Positions 24,213 to 38,408 of a DNA stretch of 64,000 bases are shown one piece after another. A program made the translations under genes and the position numbers. The notes below the pieces were generated by a model that did not search any database, was not told the origin of the DNA, and was given only the letters and a program-made list of their open reading frames with translations. The first letter of the stretch is position 1; each line of letters opens with the position of its first letter. Source of the stretch: Lama guanicoe (taxonomy: Eukaryota). Where the stretch lies: positions 2,100,702 to 2,164,701 of the forward strand of contig MU055753.1 in assembly GCA_013239625.1 (NCBI GenBank), written 5' to 3'.

Positions 24213-26044
24213 CTAGAAAAAAGAAAAATAACTGCAGTTTTCACCAGATGAAAGAATATGGCTGTGCCTCTGCTGGCCTGCAGTGGCCCCGGCGCCCCGC
24301 TCGGCCCAGACCCCTGGAAGCGCTCAGCCCCCGTACTACCCTCCCACAGACTCTGTGCAGGCCCTGCGGGCTCTCGGGGCCCCAGGATGGGGGACAGAGG
24401 GCTCAGTCGAGGAAAGGGTATGTCTGCCAGATGCATGCCTGGCCCGAGTCCCTCCACGTGACCTGCTGGGTACAGAGTTCACACACAGTCCCCACGCAGT
24501 GCACTCGGGATGTCACTTGGGCCTCTCCCCTCCACACCTGCAGCTGTCTGTCCTAGGCTAACAGGTGGCCTTGTGCAGGTCTCCACGTCACTCAGGTAGA
24601 ATACGGCTGGTTGAGACGCTGCTCCCAGCTGCAGGACTTGTGCCAACTTGGGAACCCCCCTTTTCCCAAAGACTGCCGTCAGCAACATTCCCTCTTGAGG
24701 GGCTCTGGACCTCTAGGACACTCTGAAGAATGAATCGAAGGGGCTCTGCTTGGGGCTCCTTGTGGGTATTCCAGGTTTGGTGAATGCCTCCTGGTGCCGT
24801 GCCCAGTTGTCCTGACCAGGCCTTGCTCTGCACAGCAGGGTCCCTGTGCTGGCAGCACCAGAGGCTCAGAGATGTGGACCCTGGCCATCTGACCAGCTCG
24901 AGCTGGAGGCCAACGAGTTCCCTAGCGACTCGACAAAGCAGAGGGTGGGGACAGCAGCTGCCCAGGCAGACACCTTTCTCAGGGTCCCAAAGGAGGTGCA
25001 CCAAGAATGTCACTTCTTAGGATGACATGTGGAGACATCCTATCAACCCTTCCCCTTTGATCCACAGGTGGGGATGGTGGGGTGTAAATAAGCACTGGAA
25101 ACCATAGGATAAGCGCTTGGGCCTGAAAGGCACGGCCTCCCTCGGTCTGGACACTCCAAGGGCTGTGCTCAGAGGGGCAGGTGGAAAGGGCACATGTATG
25201 GGCGTTTCCCCTGAAGGCAGGTGAGCGAGGCCAGGTGGCAAGGCCTGATCCCCGGCAAGTACCCTTCCTAAACAAATCATGTTGGGAACAGGCTGCAAAA
25301 TGAAGTTTAGCCTAGAATGGCACAGCTGCATGCAGAGAAGACATGTCAGTGTGCACACATGAAAAAGATACTGCCAAAGACACACACAGTCGGAGGCCGA
25401 GAAGAGAAGCAAAGTAAGATGAGCTAGAGCTGAAGGAGGGAGAGGGCACAGCTCCATACAGGCAGTCATCCCGGGACCACAAGCACAGGAGAATGAAAGA
25501 GCCCTGGGCTCTCAGGACCCCAAGACTCCAAGCTGGGCCAATGCCCTAACCTGAACCAGCATCCCACTCCACATGACCAGAGGGGAACACAGCAGGGCAT
25601 CTGCGAAGGCAGGCAGAACTGGGGTCGGGGGGGACACAAGAATCCCCCAGAAGCAAAGAAGGTACAGGCCCAAGGGCTGTTAACCAAGGCAACCAGAAGA
25701 ATGAGTGCCTCTCAGGGGCAGGAGCCCGAGCCCCCGAGGCACCACAGACTAGACTCTTTAAGGCAGGAGAGGGGTTGCAGTCCCCAGCCAGCCCCGACCC
25801 GCGCTGGATTGTCTTCGCTCCCTGGAGGAAGAAAAGGGGAACGGTCAGCATCAAGCAGCCCTTTGGCCTTTGAGACAAGTGTCTGTTGCCTCGTGGGACA
25901 CATTTGTGAGGACGTGGGGGAGCAAGTGAGGAGACTCTGGCACTTGCAGGAGGGCAGGGGCTCTGGGACACACTTTGCAGGGTGACTTGGGCTTGGAGGG
26001 GCCAAGTCTAAGTGGACCAATGGGCAGCCCTGCCAGCGACTCAC

Positions 26045-26153
26045 CTTCCTCTGCGAGGTCTTTGTTAATGACCAACTTCCCGTGTCTCAGGTAGTTCAGC
26101 ACAGGCCCGAAGTAGGTGGGGTCTCTGTCGATTAAATAGGCACCTGTTTCATC
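26045..26153 (-). CDS. KCTD5: KCTD5 exon 2 ([28 protein letters not shown]..., BTB domain)
   Basis: 109 nt, ttgtAG acceptor, G|GTGAGT donor; IDRD motif of T1-type BTB. Confidence 0.97.
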
Positions 26154-28749
26154 CTACAAAGATAACACACCACAGTGAATTCTCAACGAGAAAACGCCAT
26201 CCCCACAGCCAGGCCACATGCTGGAGAGACGCGGGCAGTTTGCGTCTAACCCACAACCGGACCCGATCAGTGTTCGCGGCGCTGACCCTCATCTGTCGCC
26301 AGTGCACGTGAAGCCAAATTTGAGCTCTGTAGTGTCCACGTGGTCTCTCTTCATGTACTCTGAGGCAAGGGGACTGTGTATGAGGCCCCTTTCTTCACAG
26401 CTCCAAAATTCCTGAAAGTTTGTCCTTTTGTCATTTTAGGAACCACCCACCAAGAGTGACCTAATGCGCTCTCCCTCACAGGATGTTCTAAAGGCAGGGC
26501 TGAACCCCAAAGGGTCAGGATCTGAAGGATACTGCAGCCCAGGCCTCCCTTGCTCATTTCAGGGCTCCTCCTGGGCCAATGTGCAGGGCTGGAGGTCAGA
26601 AGCCCATAGAGTAGAGCCTTGTTTTCCGGGGCAAGGTGACCCCAGAGCTTCCCAGTGATTGTAGATCTCCAAGGAGGCCTCATGGGTGGCAGTTCCTGGA
26701 GTCTGAGCTATCTACAAACAGACCCTCAGAAGGTACCCTTCTGTACTTGGGCTGGCCCCAGCTCCTCCCCCAGGGACCAGGCCCTTTCTGAGTGTCAGGG
26801 ATTCTCACAGCCCATGGGCTTCAAAGTCAGCTCAGTGGCCACTGAAGCTGTAGCCAGGGAGGTGGCCACAGTCCTCACACAAAGAACCCGCCAGAGTGGA
26901 GCCCTGTGGAAGCCCACAGAGTGCACGGGTGTGGGAGGGTCTTTGGCGAAAGACAAGAGCCACCGCTGTCTGCATGGAAGCGACAGAGCCCTGGCATCCA
27001 TTGCACGCCTGTCTGGGTCTGCTGGCCCACACTGCCTTCCAGTGGGGCTACCATGATGCTGAGGACCAAACAGCTCTTCCCTCCATACCAGCCCACCTGC
27101 CCTCCCCAGGCAGAGGTGCCTGGTACCTGATCAACGGCTCCAGGAGGGCAGCAGGTGCCAAGGCCTTGGCTCTGAGACAAGAAGGTGACTGTAAATCAGT
27201 AGGAGAGTCGATGTGGCCTCCCTGTCCAGAGGGCGCCACCCGGGACACAGGTGAGGTCCTCAGCAGGCAAGGGCCATGGAGATGTGGGAGCAGCTGGCCG
27301 GCTGAGGCCCCAGGAGCACAGTGTGAGGCATCTTGCCAGGGGAGGTGGTGTGCGCCCACAGGCACCAGAGCTCACACCCACAGGGAGGCAGGAGGTGTCT
27401 CAACCATGAAGCAACATGCTGTTTTAGGGCCCTATTTCTCATTCACAGGCATCACATTCTGGCATTTTGTGTAGCAGAACTTGGTGGTTTCAAGGGCTTC
27501 CCTCTGTAGCCCATAAAGCCATGAAAGCCTACTCTTAGATGAAATCAATGAGGGGTGCTGGGACCCAGAGCTGCATTCACTGGTTGGCAGGCCCCACTCA
27601 TCCCAGAGCCTCTGCACCCCTTCTCTCTCCCGGAGACCACAGGCACTCGGCCCAGTCCCCGGCCTCGAAAGGTCACCGCCAGGTCCCACCATGGGCCTTC
27701 TGTGCCCAAGGGCAGCACCCAACCACACACGAACCCCCAACTTCATCCTCATGTCCTATCCACTGAAGGAAGCACTGATCAGACCCTATCCCATGGGCCC
27801 CTGCCCCCCGGCCTGGCTCCCTTAGCCTTTTCTCCCAACTCCTGGAGACCCCTACTGTTCCCCAAGCAAGGATCAGCTTCCAGAAGAATGGTGCTTCAGC
27901 GGCTGTGGTGGTGAAAACGGCCCCCATTTCCTAAAAAGGGCTGAGATCTGGGAAGAAAGGGGTGGGGCTGCCACAACCTGGAATCCAGAGGCTCTTCTCT
28001 GTCCCCCCTCCCATGAGAGAAGAGCACAAGCGTGACATCTGCCTGTCACCAAGCCCAGGAATTATGCGTCGGTGCACTGCTACCTCGGCAGACAGCTGGC
28101 AGAAGGTCTTCAAGGAAAGATCAGATTCAGCTAGGGCTCATCTCCACCCTCAGGACACCCCAGGGAGCCTTCCTCGTCACATGGGCCAAGGCATCTAGGG
28201 CTAGGCATCTCGCTCAGCACTGGGATCCAGGGGAGAGGAAGAGGAAGAGTACTCAGCCAACAGTGTGCTGAGAGCACAAGACACAGAGATGTGACCCGGC
28301 CTTCGAAGCCTGGAGGGACAGGGGATGGGACAGAGAAGGAGACAAGGGGCCAGGTGAGAGGGCCGCTGCCCAGAGCAGAGGGAACATGGACGGGAGCCCA
28401 GACAAGGCACTGGAGAGCTGGGGATGGGCCTCCAGACACTAGGCTGACGCCGAGGAGGGCAGGGCTGGGGAGGCATGTGCAGGTCACGCTGCTCTCCCTT
28501 TCTGAGGCTCCAGCCCCACAGGAGCAGTTTTTCCACTCAAAAACCCCATGGTCAAGTCACTGAAGGAAGTCCTACCCCAGGCCTGGCCTCTCAGCTCAGA
28601 GCACACTGCGCCCGTGGGGCACTCCCAACACCAGCCATGGGCTCCTCCAGGCCAGGCTCATGCATGGCCCCTGGCACCACAGATGGGGGCACAGAGCCAA
28701 GGTGTGATGGAAGCATGGAAATCCAAACCCCTCAGGGCCCAGACTCATG

Positions 28750-28855
28750 ATCAGCTACTCCAAGGTGCATCACTCCTTCGATCCAGGCCTCAGTTTCCCC
28801 ACCTGTCAAATGAGATATTCAGCCAAGATGATGCCAGGGGCCCTTCTGGCTCTAG
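28750..28855 (-). mobile_element. MIR fragment
   Basis: ggcctcagtttccccacctgtcaaatgaga. Confidence 0.6.
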
Positions 28856-31800
28856 GGGTCAATGTCTCTTCCTTGGGGCGACAGGGCTGGGCTCATGGCC
28901 TGTCAGGGGCGGAGGGGGGCACAAATTCCAAGGCAGTGGAAGCCACGTGCCCTGGCCACAGAGACAGGGAAGCACAGAGCCAAAGCCCTGGAGAGTGGGT
29001 GCACATTTGGCCCGGCCCTCGGAAGCCTGCGTCCCCCGCACCAACACCCCACGCAGGAAATGGAAGCAGAGCCTAGGCAGTTCACGGCTTAGCTGAAAAG
29101 GCCATGTGAATTCTGCACTTGAATCCTTGCTGTCTTTAATACAAAAAAGTTTTCCCAGAAACCTCAGGGAGGCCATCCTGGGCACTCAGTCAAACATCCT
29201 GATTGAGAAAGCTGAGGCGAGAGCACCCCTGGAGAGAGAGCAAGCCAGGGGCTGGGCACTCAGACCCACAATAGAACCTCGGGGAACACCAGCCAGCACC
29301 CTGGGGTGACCCCGGACCCAATGCCCAAGCCCCTCTGAAAGTACAGGTGAGGCCAGAGTGGGCTTCAGACGACACCAGGCTTCTCCCACGTGGCATCACC
29401 ACGCTGAGGGCGGGACGCTCAGTCCGGTGGCTGTCACGCTGGCCCCAGCAGTCCCTCCCAAGAGGGGAGGGCCACCCACCTCGACTGGGATTGCAGGCCC
29501 ATGGGTGGACCCTGAGATGCTGAAGGGCCTTGTATGACAGGCTGTGTCATCCACAACCAGTGACAAGCCAGCCCAGCCAGCCCCGCTACTGACACGTGGC
29601 ACTTCACGCGGCTCCCTCCGCAGACTCCACGGGGCTCTCTGACCCAATTTCTTCTCATGGCTTCATTTTGATCAGATGGGCTTCATTAAGAAACAAGGCC
29701 AAGGCCCCATGGCCAGGACGGGCCAGGCAGTAGCGTGCGGGAACAGGCTCCAGTACTGGGCGCATCAGAAAGGAGACTTCAGCTTTGACAAGAAGTGTTG
29801 GGGGGGGGGGGCCTAAATTCCCCTGGGACCAGAGGACCACAGACCAACTGTCACTTAGATGCACACAGCTGGGAGCAATGTGAAAACCAGCATCTGCATG
29901 GGAGCTGTGCTCCAGAGGGGATGATGGCAGCAAAGGCCGGCCCTGAACATAGGTCCTCAGACATTGCTGCTGGGCAGAGCCGACCAGATGGCGACTGACA
30001 ACAGCGTGAGGGCCCTCAGCACCTCACGTGGCCCCAGGCCTCCATCCTAAGACAGAAATGAAGAAAAAGACCAAACACAGAAAAACAAAAAGTATCCCCA
30101 AACCCTAAATTCTGAAGTCTTAGGCTCCCTTATGCAAAAGCATAGAAACTGTCTCTGTGATACCCAAGCCAGCAGCAGGGGTGCCCGCAGAGCGGCTGCT
30201 GGCACGCTGCGCTGACGTCGTTCCACTGCCAGCACACAGGAGAACCTCAACATGTGCTCTCGGGACGGTCACACTTACAAGAGACCGCAAGGAACTAGAG
30301 GGAGACATTAACGCTGGCTGGGTGCAAGACACGTGGATCTCTCTTCTTCCTCCCTCTCTCTGTCCTCTTCTTGGTTTATGTAACAAGTGTGTGCTACATT
30401 TATATAGTGGCGAGGTTTGGATTTTTTTTTGTAAAAGAGCCAGAATTAAGATTGCTTTCTCAACAAATGATTTTCCTCTATTGACTTTCCCCACTTCTCA
30501 CTGAATGAGCGTATGACCTATTTGTGAATTGTTGGCTTTTAAAATATACATCTAGTCTAAAGACATAAAAAGCGGAAATGCTGGACTTTGCTCTTAAATA
30601 TTCCATGGACACCACTCCCTGTCCATTACATACTGCTTGGTTGGGGTGGGGGCTCACAGGTGCCCACGTTGGCTGAATCCCACCCCAAGGAGGCTTGGCC
30701 TTGGAGGCCAAGCTACCGCTCTCCAGGGTAACTCTGATCCCTGCATCCCTGAGCCTAGGCAGCTGCCAGGCCACAGAGATGACCAACTGGCCATAACCAG
30801 GGGCACCCTGCCCGCAGTCATTTCTCCAGACAAACAGATGCAGAGCAGATAATCCTGACTGGAAACCCTGAGTGAGCCCCACCCTGTCCACTCCCTTCCG
30901 AGCAGCCCGGCATCCTCAGCCCACAATGCTGCTTAGGAAGCAATGCTCTGAGAGGGCCACTCACCAAAAAACTCCTGAGACCGAGGTTCTCCTGCGTACT
31001 TGCGCCAGCTCTGACGTTAAAGGCAGTCTCAAACGCGCCGCCCAGCAAAGCATTGTGGGTCCGGTGTGGGCCGGCCACCCCCTTGACTGGACCATGCACA
31101 TGGTCCTGAAAATGGCCATCAGGAGCAAGGGTCGAGAATGTTAGGCTCTCATGCAAGATTCTAAATGGAAGTTCATTCAGTTGACACGTCTTACTCTAGC
31201 TCCGTGGGGCCTCTGCAGAGCATGCACACCCAGCTCCTTTCAACCACCTTCCCAATTTCCACAGACACACCAGGAAATGGAACATGATCACTACTCTGTG
31301 GCAAGAGAAACACATGGCTGCTGGAGACTTGAAATGAAGAGGGCTGAGCATCCCAAACTAAATGCAAGATATACTGTCAAACTTCCCCATTCAAGTCTAA
31401 CTGTGAAAGCATAGTATTAACTGTGCATCGACACTGGTAATTCACCGATTTAGTAATATTTAGTTTTTACTCTGAAATTATCCATTTTAAGTAACTGTTT
31501 CACTTAAAACCTTCACCTCTGCCCTCTTTTCTCTTTTTTCTAGTTTGTCAAATCCATTACCCAGGAGAGGCCTCAGACATCACCAACTACAGATGAGGGA
31601 ACGGAAGCCCAGAGACCGGGGGCTTGTCCAGGCACTGGATGCACAGAACGGGCCAGGACCCCACTGAGAACTGCGCTAACATGTGTGGGAGTGCCAGCTG
31701 CTTCTGACTCGGCTTTCCTTTGGAGACCCCATGATGCCCTGTGTACCCCCAGAGGTTGGGATTCCTCCTGGCACATGCATGGAATAAAGGGAAAGCAAGG

Positions 31801-32422
31801 GCTCTGGGTGGAGATGGGGTGCACATGTCAGGGCTCCGGGTCATTCCCACCCTCAGGAAACGATCCCTCTCAGATCCCAATCAGCATCCAGCTCTCAGGG
31901 CCCTGACCCACAGGGTGACTCCTCAGCCCCAGAATGTGGCTTAGAAACAGAACTCAGAATGACACACACAACTCGAATGAGGCTCACAAAGAGGCAAACA
32001 CAAGCGGACTTTGGAGGGACCCCCATGCATGAGGCTCTCAGTTCTTCTCCTGGAACAAACGTGCTTCAATTCACCTTCGGTGGGTCCCAACCAAGCCCCA
32101 TGAACACATGGGGACGGCTCACAGGGACCTTTCAGTTCCATAGGACCAGGGCCCACTTAGAGCAGATGCTACATCAACTGTGCAGATGCAAACAGGAGCC
32201 AGGTCACCCCAGGGTGTGGGGCAGTCGTGGGCAGGACACCGTGGGTGGACCTGCCAGCGGAGAGCCACCTGTCCAGGTCACAGCACCATGAATATTCATG
32301 TCCCAAGGCCAGGGGACATCCATATGTCCCGATTTCCGAGGCCCTTCCCTCCTTAGGGACACTCCAGCTATGGAACACCTGCACATAAATCTACAGAAGT
32401 CACCTTACTTAGCTTGGTGGCC

Positions 32423-32446
32423 TGTGTGTGTGTGTGTGTGTGTGTG
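32423..32446. repeat. (TG)12 microsatellite
   Basis: Read directly from the sequence. Confidence 0.95.
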
Positions 32447-33569
32447 TTGTGTATGTAACATAAAACTGCTGGCACAAGAAAGTCAACTTGAGATGGAAAC
32501 AGGCGGGAACGACAACTGCCTGGGAGAGAAGCAACAGGAGGAAGAACCAGGGTCCCCAGCTGCAAACCTCCCATGTGGCTCTGCTGGCCTGGAGAAGTAG
32601 CTCCCTCAGGCCCACCATCTCCAGTCCCCTGGATGCCAGCCACTCAGGGCTGTCAGACAGGACACTTTGCAGCCAGGATGCCTCACCAAGGGTTTACATC
32701 CAGCCCACTGCTTCTGTGAGGCACCTGAGCCCTCCCCGCCAGCTGCTCCCACAGCCACCGCCCTGCTGGCTCCAAGGTGGCCTCTGTTCTCTGCCTACGC
32801 TCGGCCCCGCTGGTACATCCAGTGCAGAGTTCACCCTTCCCTCTTGCTGGGGCCAAAGGACAGGCCCAAAGCTCCTATGCCCTTGTCCACCTCCCCTTCC
32901 TCACCGGGGACTGTCTGGCGCCCAGCACCACCTGCCTCTCCCTCTCTTGTTTCAAAAAACCTACCTCAGCCTATCTCTAGCAGTGAGGGGCTAGCCCAGC
33001 TCATCACCTCCATAACCAGCCCCAACCAAGCCTGCCTTGCAAAACCAGGCCAAGATCCTAGAAGCCTGATTGCCAAGGAAACTAGATCCCACCAGAACAT
33101 GGACAACGGGGAGAGATGCGCAGTGCACACCCTACCCACCAACTCAGGGGCCTCCTGGATGCCATGAGCCCACCCCAAACACACACAGAGGATGGTACCT
33201 GAACTCGGGTTGTGTTCTCCAGGTTCAAGGGCATCAAGTTTCTTATAAGAAAACTCGATGGCTGCCCAGGAAGCTGTGCCCCTCCCCCTTGGCACAGGTT
33301 CCAGTGCCCAAAGCTGGGAACCCGCCCTGCAGGGCCTGGCCTAAGATCAGCCCAGAGGGTGGGGTGGAGCATGAAGTGGCAGCCTGGGAAGTAAGGAGAC
33401 TGAAGGGGCCAGCAGCTGGAGCTCCCCGCCAGCACAGAGGTCTGTGCTGACTGAGTATGTTAAGTGACAAACAGGAACAAAGACATATTGGGAGGGGAAG
33501 GAAAAAAGCATTCCTGGTACATTCTAAAAACAAAGTACAAAAGTAAAATAAAGAGTATTAATCTATTTC

Positions 33570-33745
33570 CTGCAGTGTCCCAGCACCTGGCATGGGGAGG
33601 GGTTACACCTCTCATCTTCCTTAATTCTCACAACTCCTCCTCTGTGACTAGGCTCAGAGAGGTACATTAACTTACCCCAAGTCACACAGCACATTATGTT
33701 GGGGGTGGAGTCAAAGGCAGGCCTGAGTCCAAAGTCTAACTCTGC
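33570..33745 (+). mobile_element. MIR fragment
   Basis: aattctcacaac..aggctcagagagg..aacttaccccaagtcacacagc. Confidence 0.65.
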
Positions 33746-36700
33746 CACAACGAAAAATGCTCTGTATCCCCCAGCACCCACATTCTGCCTATTCTATTCG
33801 GATCAGAATGTGACAAGCATTCTGAAATTTGAGGGGAGCTGTCCAATTAAGGCCCAGTGAGAGCACAGTGCTTGAGGTGGCCTACTGACACCCTGGCCAC
33901 ACAGACCCCTCTCTGGGGGCCAGAGCCAGCTCCTTCAAAGGACTTGAAAAAGATTGCTGGCCCATTGACTGCTGAGCTGACGAATCTCTGGAGAGAAACC
34001 ATAAGCACTTACTCCAAGTAAGCACGGCCATGGACAGCTCCTAGAGGAGTGGGCATCCCTGTGTTCCCACAAAACTATTTGCAAAATCAGGCAGGTGGAC
34101 CACAGTTTTGTGACCACTACTCTAAACAAGACCAGTCACTGCCCTGCTGGACAACAGCAACTAAAGGCTGCCAGTGCAGTTGGCAGAAAGAGGAACTGCT
34201 TTGCAGCTGACAACCACTTCCTCCCGGCATCCTTCAGATGGCCCAAAGCGGGAACCTCTGACGCCCCGAAGCAGCTCTGCTCACAAAAGGCGAGTCCTTT
34301 CTCAGGACTTTCTGCACCAGCTTGTGGGCTGGCTAGGTCTAAAGGGCCTTTGTACGGGGGCTTTGTGAAAAGGTGACCGCAGCATCCACTAAGAGTGAGC
34401 AACCTGTTGCACTGAGGCACCACTGCTCAGGTCCTGAACCAGGCAAGGAGCGGCATGTGGTCAGGGCCACATCCTCCATCAGAGTGTGAAATGAAATGCA
34501 CCAGGGTCTCAAGACTCCCCTTTTGGCCTCTCATTGGAGCACGCGACACTCGCAGCCTTTTGCCTCTGACTTAGTCACACGGGACATAATCTGCCGTTTC
34601 ACTCTAAGTAATCCCTACTTCTCTTGCCAAGCAGCTTAAAAGATAGTCCTTCCACCCACACCCCCATCACTTAGTCCTGTCTGTAAAATTCCTTTCACTG
34701 TCTTTCTAATCCTGAAACTCTAGCCAACACCAAGTACACCAAGGGTGAGCACTGGCAAAGAACTGCAGATGCCATGACCTGTCATGTGAAACACAGTTTT
34801 CTCCAGGCCTAGCTCAGCTGCAGAGACTGACCCCCTCCTCCAAAAAACAAATCCTACTTAATCTGAATGGTTTCCAAGCACCAAGTAGTAGTATTTCCTG
34901 TTTCCCTGTAACTCCTAAAGCATCTCTACACTGAAGCAGGGACTGATTCAGCTCTGAACAGACTCTAACCTGTTTTCAACAATGCCACTGGGCCAGGTAC
35001 CATGGTATACCAAGAGACATACCCCAAATGAATCACATGTCGAGCATTCACAAAGCACTTCCAGTATTACACCTGGCCTGCCCCTAATGGAACATGGGAG
35101 AGAAAAATGTCCCAGGATGGCAGGTAAACAGATGCCGAAGTGAATAACGCAGACACAGCCCTGCTGGGGGAAGCATCAGGAGGAAGCGAGAATTCACACT
35201 TGGGCTGTCCGTAAAGAGACCTCCCTGGCAGCAGTGGGCCCAGACTCAGAACTTGAGACAAGAGGTTAATGGTTTAGAGGCTTGTGGCATAGTGGGCAGT
35301 GGGCCCCAGGCTCAGTCCTGAGACAGGGAGCATGAGGAATTAGGGGAAGGGAGACCAGTTGCAGCCCAGCTCCCCACCCCACCCCCAATCCTGTCTGTCG
35401 GCTATTTAAAAAAGCACTCCTCCAGGAAAATGTCCTGTAACCACCTCTCCCATCATGGCTCCATGGCCAAACTCCCCACCAAGACATTCTGCATTTAATA
35501 GCAAACTCCAGGCACTCTCCAAGCCCATCAGGTTCCTGGAAGATTCCAGGTCTTTCATTTGTTGGAACTCATCCCCTTTAAGCTTCCCCACCCAACTCCT
35601 ACCCAGGCACTCCGCAAGCACAGCTGCTCAATAAACACTAGTCAAATGCCCAGCAGGAAATCTTCCATCAGCCCTAAGAATATCTACCAGGTATGCTTTC
35701 ATTAACCTGAACTGTGAGGTCAGGGCTTGGGAGATTTTTACAGGTGAATCAACATCCTGTGTCTCTTCTATCACATAATTACTAGCGTCCCACATCCCAC
35801 TTGGCTAAACATCCCCTCCCCTCCACCCTTATCCTCAGATTCCTCACTGAAGGTTTAATTACCTAGGGGTGAATCTCTGGGACATTTCTTCATCAGAACC
35901 AAAGGGGGAAAAAACTGAGAAGAATGAGTACCTTACACATTTTCTCATCTGAAGTACAACACTCTACTACCAAGACTAATGGAAATTAACATTACTCTTT
36001 CTGGCAAAAGTCACATCTGTGCCTAAAACCAATCCTCATTTACTATCAACTATTTTATGAGACAGAAACTGTATCTGCTGCATTACAGTCACATTTGAAA
36101 TTTTGAGTTTACAATTTGGAAATCTAAAATTGGTTAAGTGGATGATAATGTAAAAAGGCAACTACAACACAGATATATCCTGATAGATTAATAACCCTCC
36201 CCCAAAGGACTCCTATACAATAAAGCATACTTTTTAAATAGTCTTGACAGTAAAATAAAGGGATGAATTGACTTAACTGTGCAAAGTAGTTAATTGGCTC
36301 TGAACCTATTGTCTCAGTTAGTAGACAGTCATTGCCTTAAAACAACCCAATGAACAAGAGCCATGGGAAATCGGACTCAATATATAAGACAGAAACGCTC
36401 AAGTCGAGATGCAAGTGAATGACCACCAAGACTCACTATTTAAAAAGAAAAACGAAACAGTAAAACATACACTCACGCTTTAAAAGGAAAACACAGCTAA
36501 TAAAAGCCTATTTCTATCCTGGACATGACTGTTATTTTCTGGGAGGTCAAGAGTGGAGAGCTTAGCCAAATGACGAATGGAAACAGTGGAGCGTTGGGGA
36601 GAGAGGGAACTGGAGCACTGACATCTCAAACCCTGATTTCTACCCATGACGGTGGTTTTGTGGTAACTCGAGTTCTCATTTCCTGATCATAAGATCGTGC

Positions 36701-37539
36701 CACACTGGGGATGGTCTCCGTCAGGCTTCTGGAACTTGAAGAGGGATCTGAATCTTTCTGGGAAGCCGATGCCTGGCAAACGTTGGGCTGGCAAGGCACA
36801 AAGCCAAGCGCAATTACGTAGGCTCAAGTGAAAGACACGGGAAAGTTAGAATAAGGCTTGTGAACTGCCTAGGATAAATATAGGTAACAACTATTCTTCC
36901 AACAGAGCCTTTTCTGAGTTTCAGCGCTGTACAGACATATTCCTCTTCACCACACAAGTCTTGTAAAGGTAATAATCACAACAGTTTCTATTATCATCCA
37001 CACAACAGTACAAACATTTAATCTGATGAAAGACAAGCTGCAAACCAACCTAGAGATTCCTATCCTTCTGAGAGGTCAGTAGAAAAACTGGGTTAATTAG
37101 AAAGCAGATTGAAAAAGATTTTCTATCTGGCTTTTCCTTGACACCCTTAAGCCACCCATTAAAATGAGCAACATTTCCTTTGAAAAAATCACTCTATGGA
37201 CGGCACCTTTTGAGACTGCTGAGTGGCTGCGTGTCGTGGCTGAAAACGATGGAGTGCCAACTCTCTAAATGCAAGTCACTGGGAAAGGCAGGCCACCCGT
37301 GTCAACCCCCCTACGCCAACGTTAAGTCAAACGACTGGAATGTGAGATGAGAAGAACGCCAGGGTTCTCTGATTCCAGAGCCGGTGAGTACACTGGGACG
37401 GAGAAGAGGTGTTCACACCAGGGGCAAAAGAATCTAGGGAGGAAAAAGTAGATCCATAGCAGAGTCCCAGGTCTGGGAAATCTCCACCGAAAAGCAGAAA
37501 GGGTGAGACAGAGGGACACCTCGAGGTGGAGTGGCTGGG

Positions 37540-38380
37540 GTACTTTCGAGGATGGTGGGCGCCAGAGCGCCGTCCTGTCCTTCCCCGACCCAGGACAAGG
37601 AGTCGGGGTTGGGGGCGGGGAGCGCTCGGGTCGAGCTGGCGACCAGGGGAGCGCAGGGCTCGGAGCCCGGGCGGGTCTCCTCAGCGTGGGGCAGGGGGCG
37701 TGCAGCGGGGCGGCCCGCAGCGAGCCGCCGACCGGGGCGGCCCGCACCCTCGTGGCTGGCCCGCACGGCCCTCACCTTGTCCGAGTCCAGGTCGGGGTCG
37801 GCCTGGCACAAACGGTACAGGAAGGATTTCGGATCCCGGCACAGCGTCTGCCGGGTGGTGAGGAAGTAGGTGCCGCCGACGTTGAGCCGGACCCACTTGG
37901 ACACGCTGCCGGGACGCTGGGCCAAGGCGCCTAGCCCCGCGCTGCAGCGGCGGCACAGGCCGCCCCCCAGCCCCGCCCCGAGGCCGCCCGGGGCCGGCGG
38001 TAACAGCTCGCAGTGATTCTCCGCCATGATCCCAGCAAGCCCCGCCACAGCGCCTCTCCACCGGAAGCGTCCGGCCTTTAATACAGTCCTCCGAGCTCTG
38101 TCCCGCCCACGGGTCCGCCCTCGTAAAGCACCCACCCTGGCGTCACGCGGGAGGCGGAAGTTCCGGTCCGGAAAAACGGCCGGCCGTGCCCCCTTCCGGC
38201 CGGAGCCTGGCGCTGCGTGGTCCGCGACAGGGGGCGGTGGATCCGAGACTGTAGGGTTTGAGAAGGGCTCGCCGGCCGCCGCCGGGAGCGTGCGGTGTCC
38301 GGACGCCGGATTCCTGGCCCCGAATCCAGGTAGCCCGACAACGCCCGACCCGCGCCCTGGCCAAAGGAAGAGAGCTACGT
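37540..38380 (-). promoter_or_regulatory. KCTD5: KCTD5 CpG-island promoter: ETS sites, GC boxes, CRE half-sites, TATA-like TATTAAA (38083-38077)
   Basis: Very high CpG density; CCGGAAG at 38061, CGGAAGTTCCG at 38155-38165, CCGCCC boxes, GCGTCA and ACGTCA. Confidence 0.9.
37776..38027 (-). CDS. KCTD5: KCTD5 exon 1 coding part (MAENHCELL...[11 protein letters not shown]...DSDK)
   Basis: atcATGG Kozak context, 252 nt, AAG|GTGAG donor; the six exons total 705 nt = 234 aa plus stop. Confidence 0.97.
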
Positions 38381-38408
38381 CAGTGAACGTCTACACTCTA
38401 CATGCTTT

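Noticed and set aside
29800-29811. G12 homopolymer as a G-quadruplex element
   Set aside because: Single run with no other support; homopolymer lengths are also error-prone
35925-35960. Candidate micro-exon in KCTD5 intron 1 (cAG ATGAGAAAAATGT GTAAG)
   Set aside because: Poor pyrimidine tract and no other support
38028-38135. N-terminal extension of KCTD5 in the ORF track
   Set aside because: Starts at GTG upstream of the likely TSS and TATA-like element; the ATG at 38027 has good Kozak context and gives the known 234-aa length
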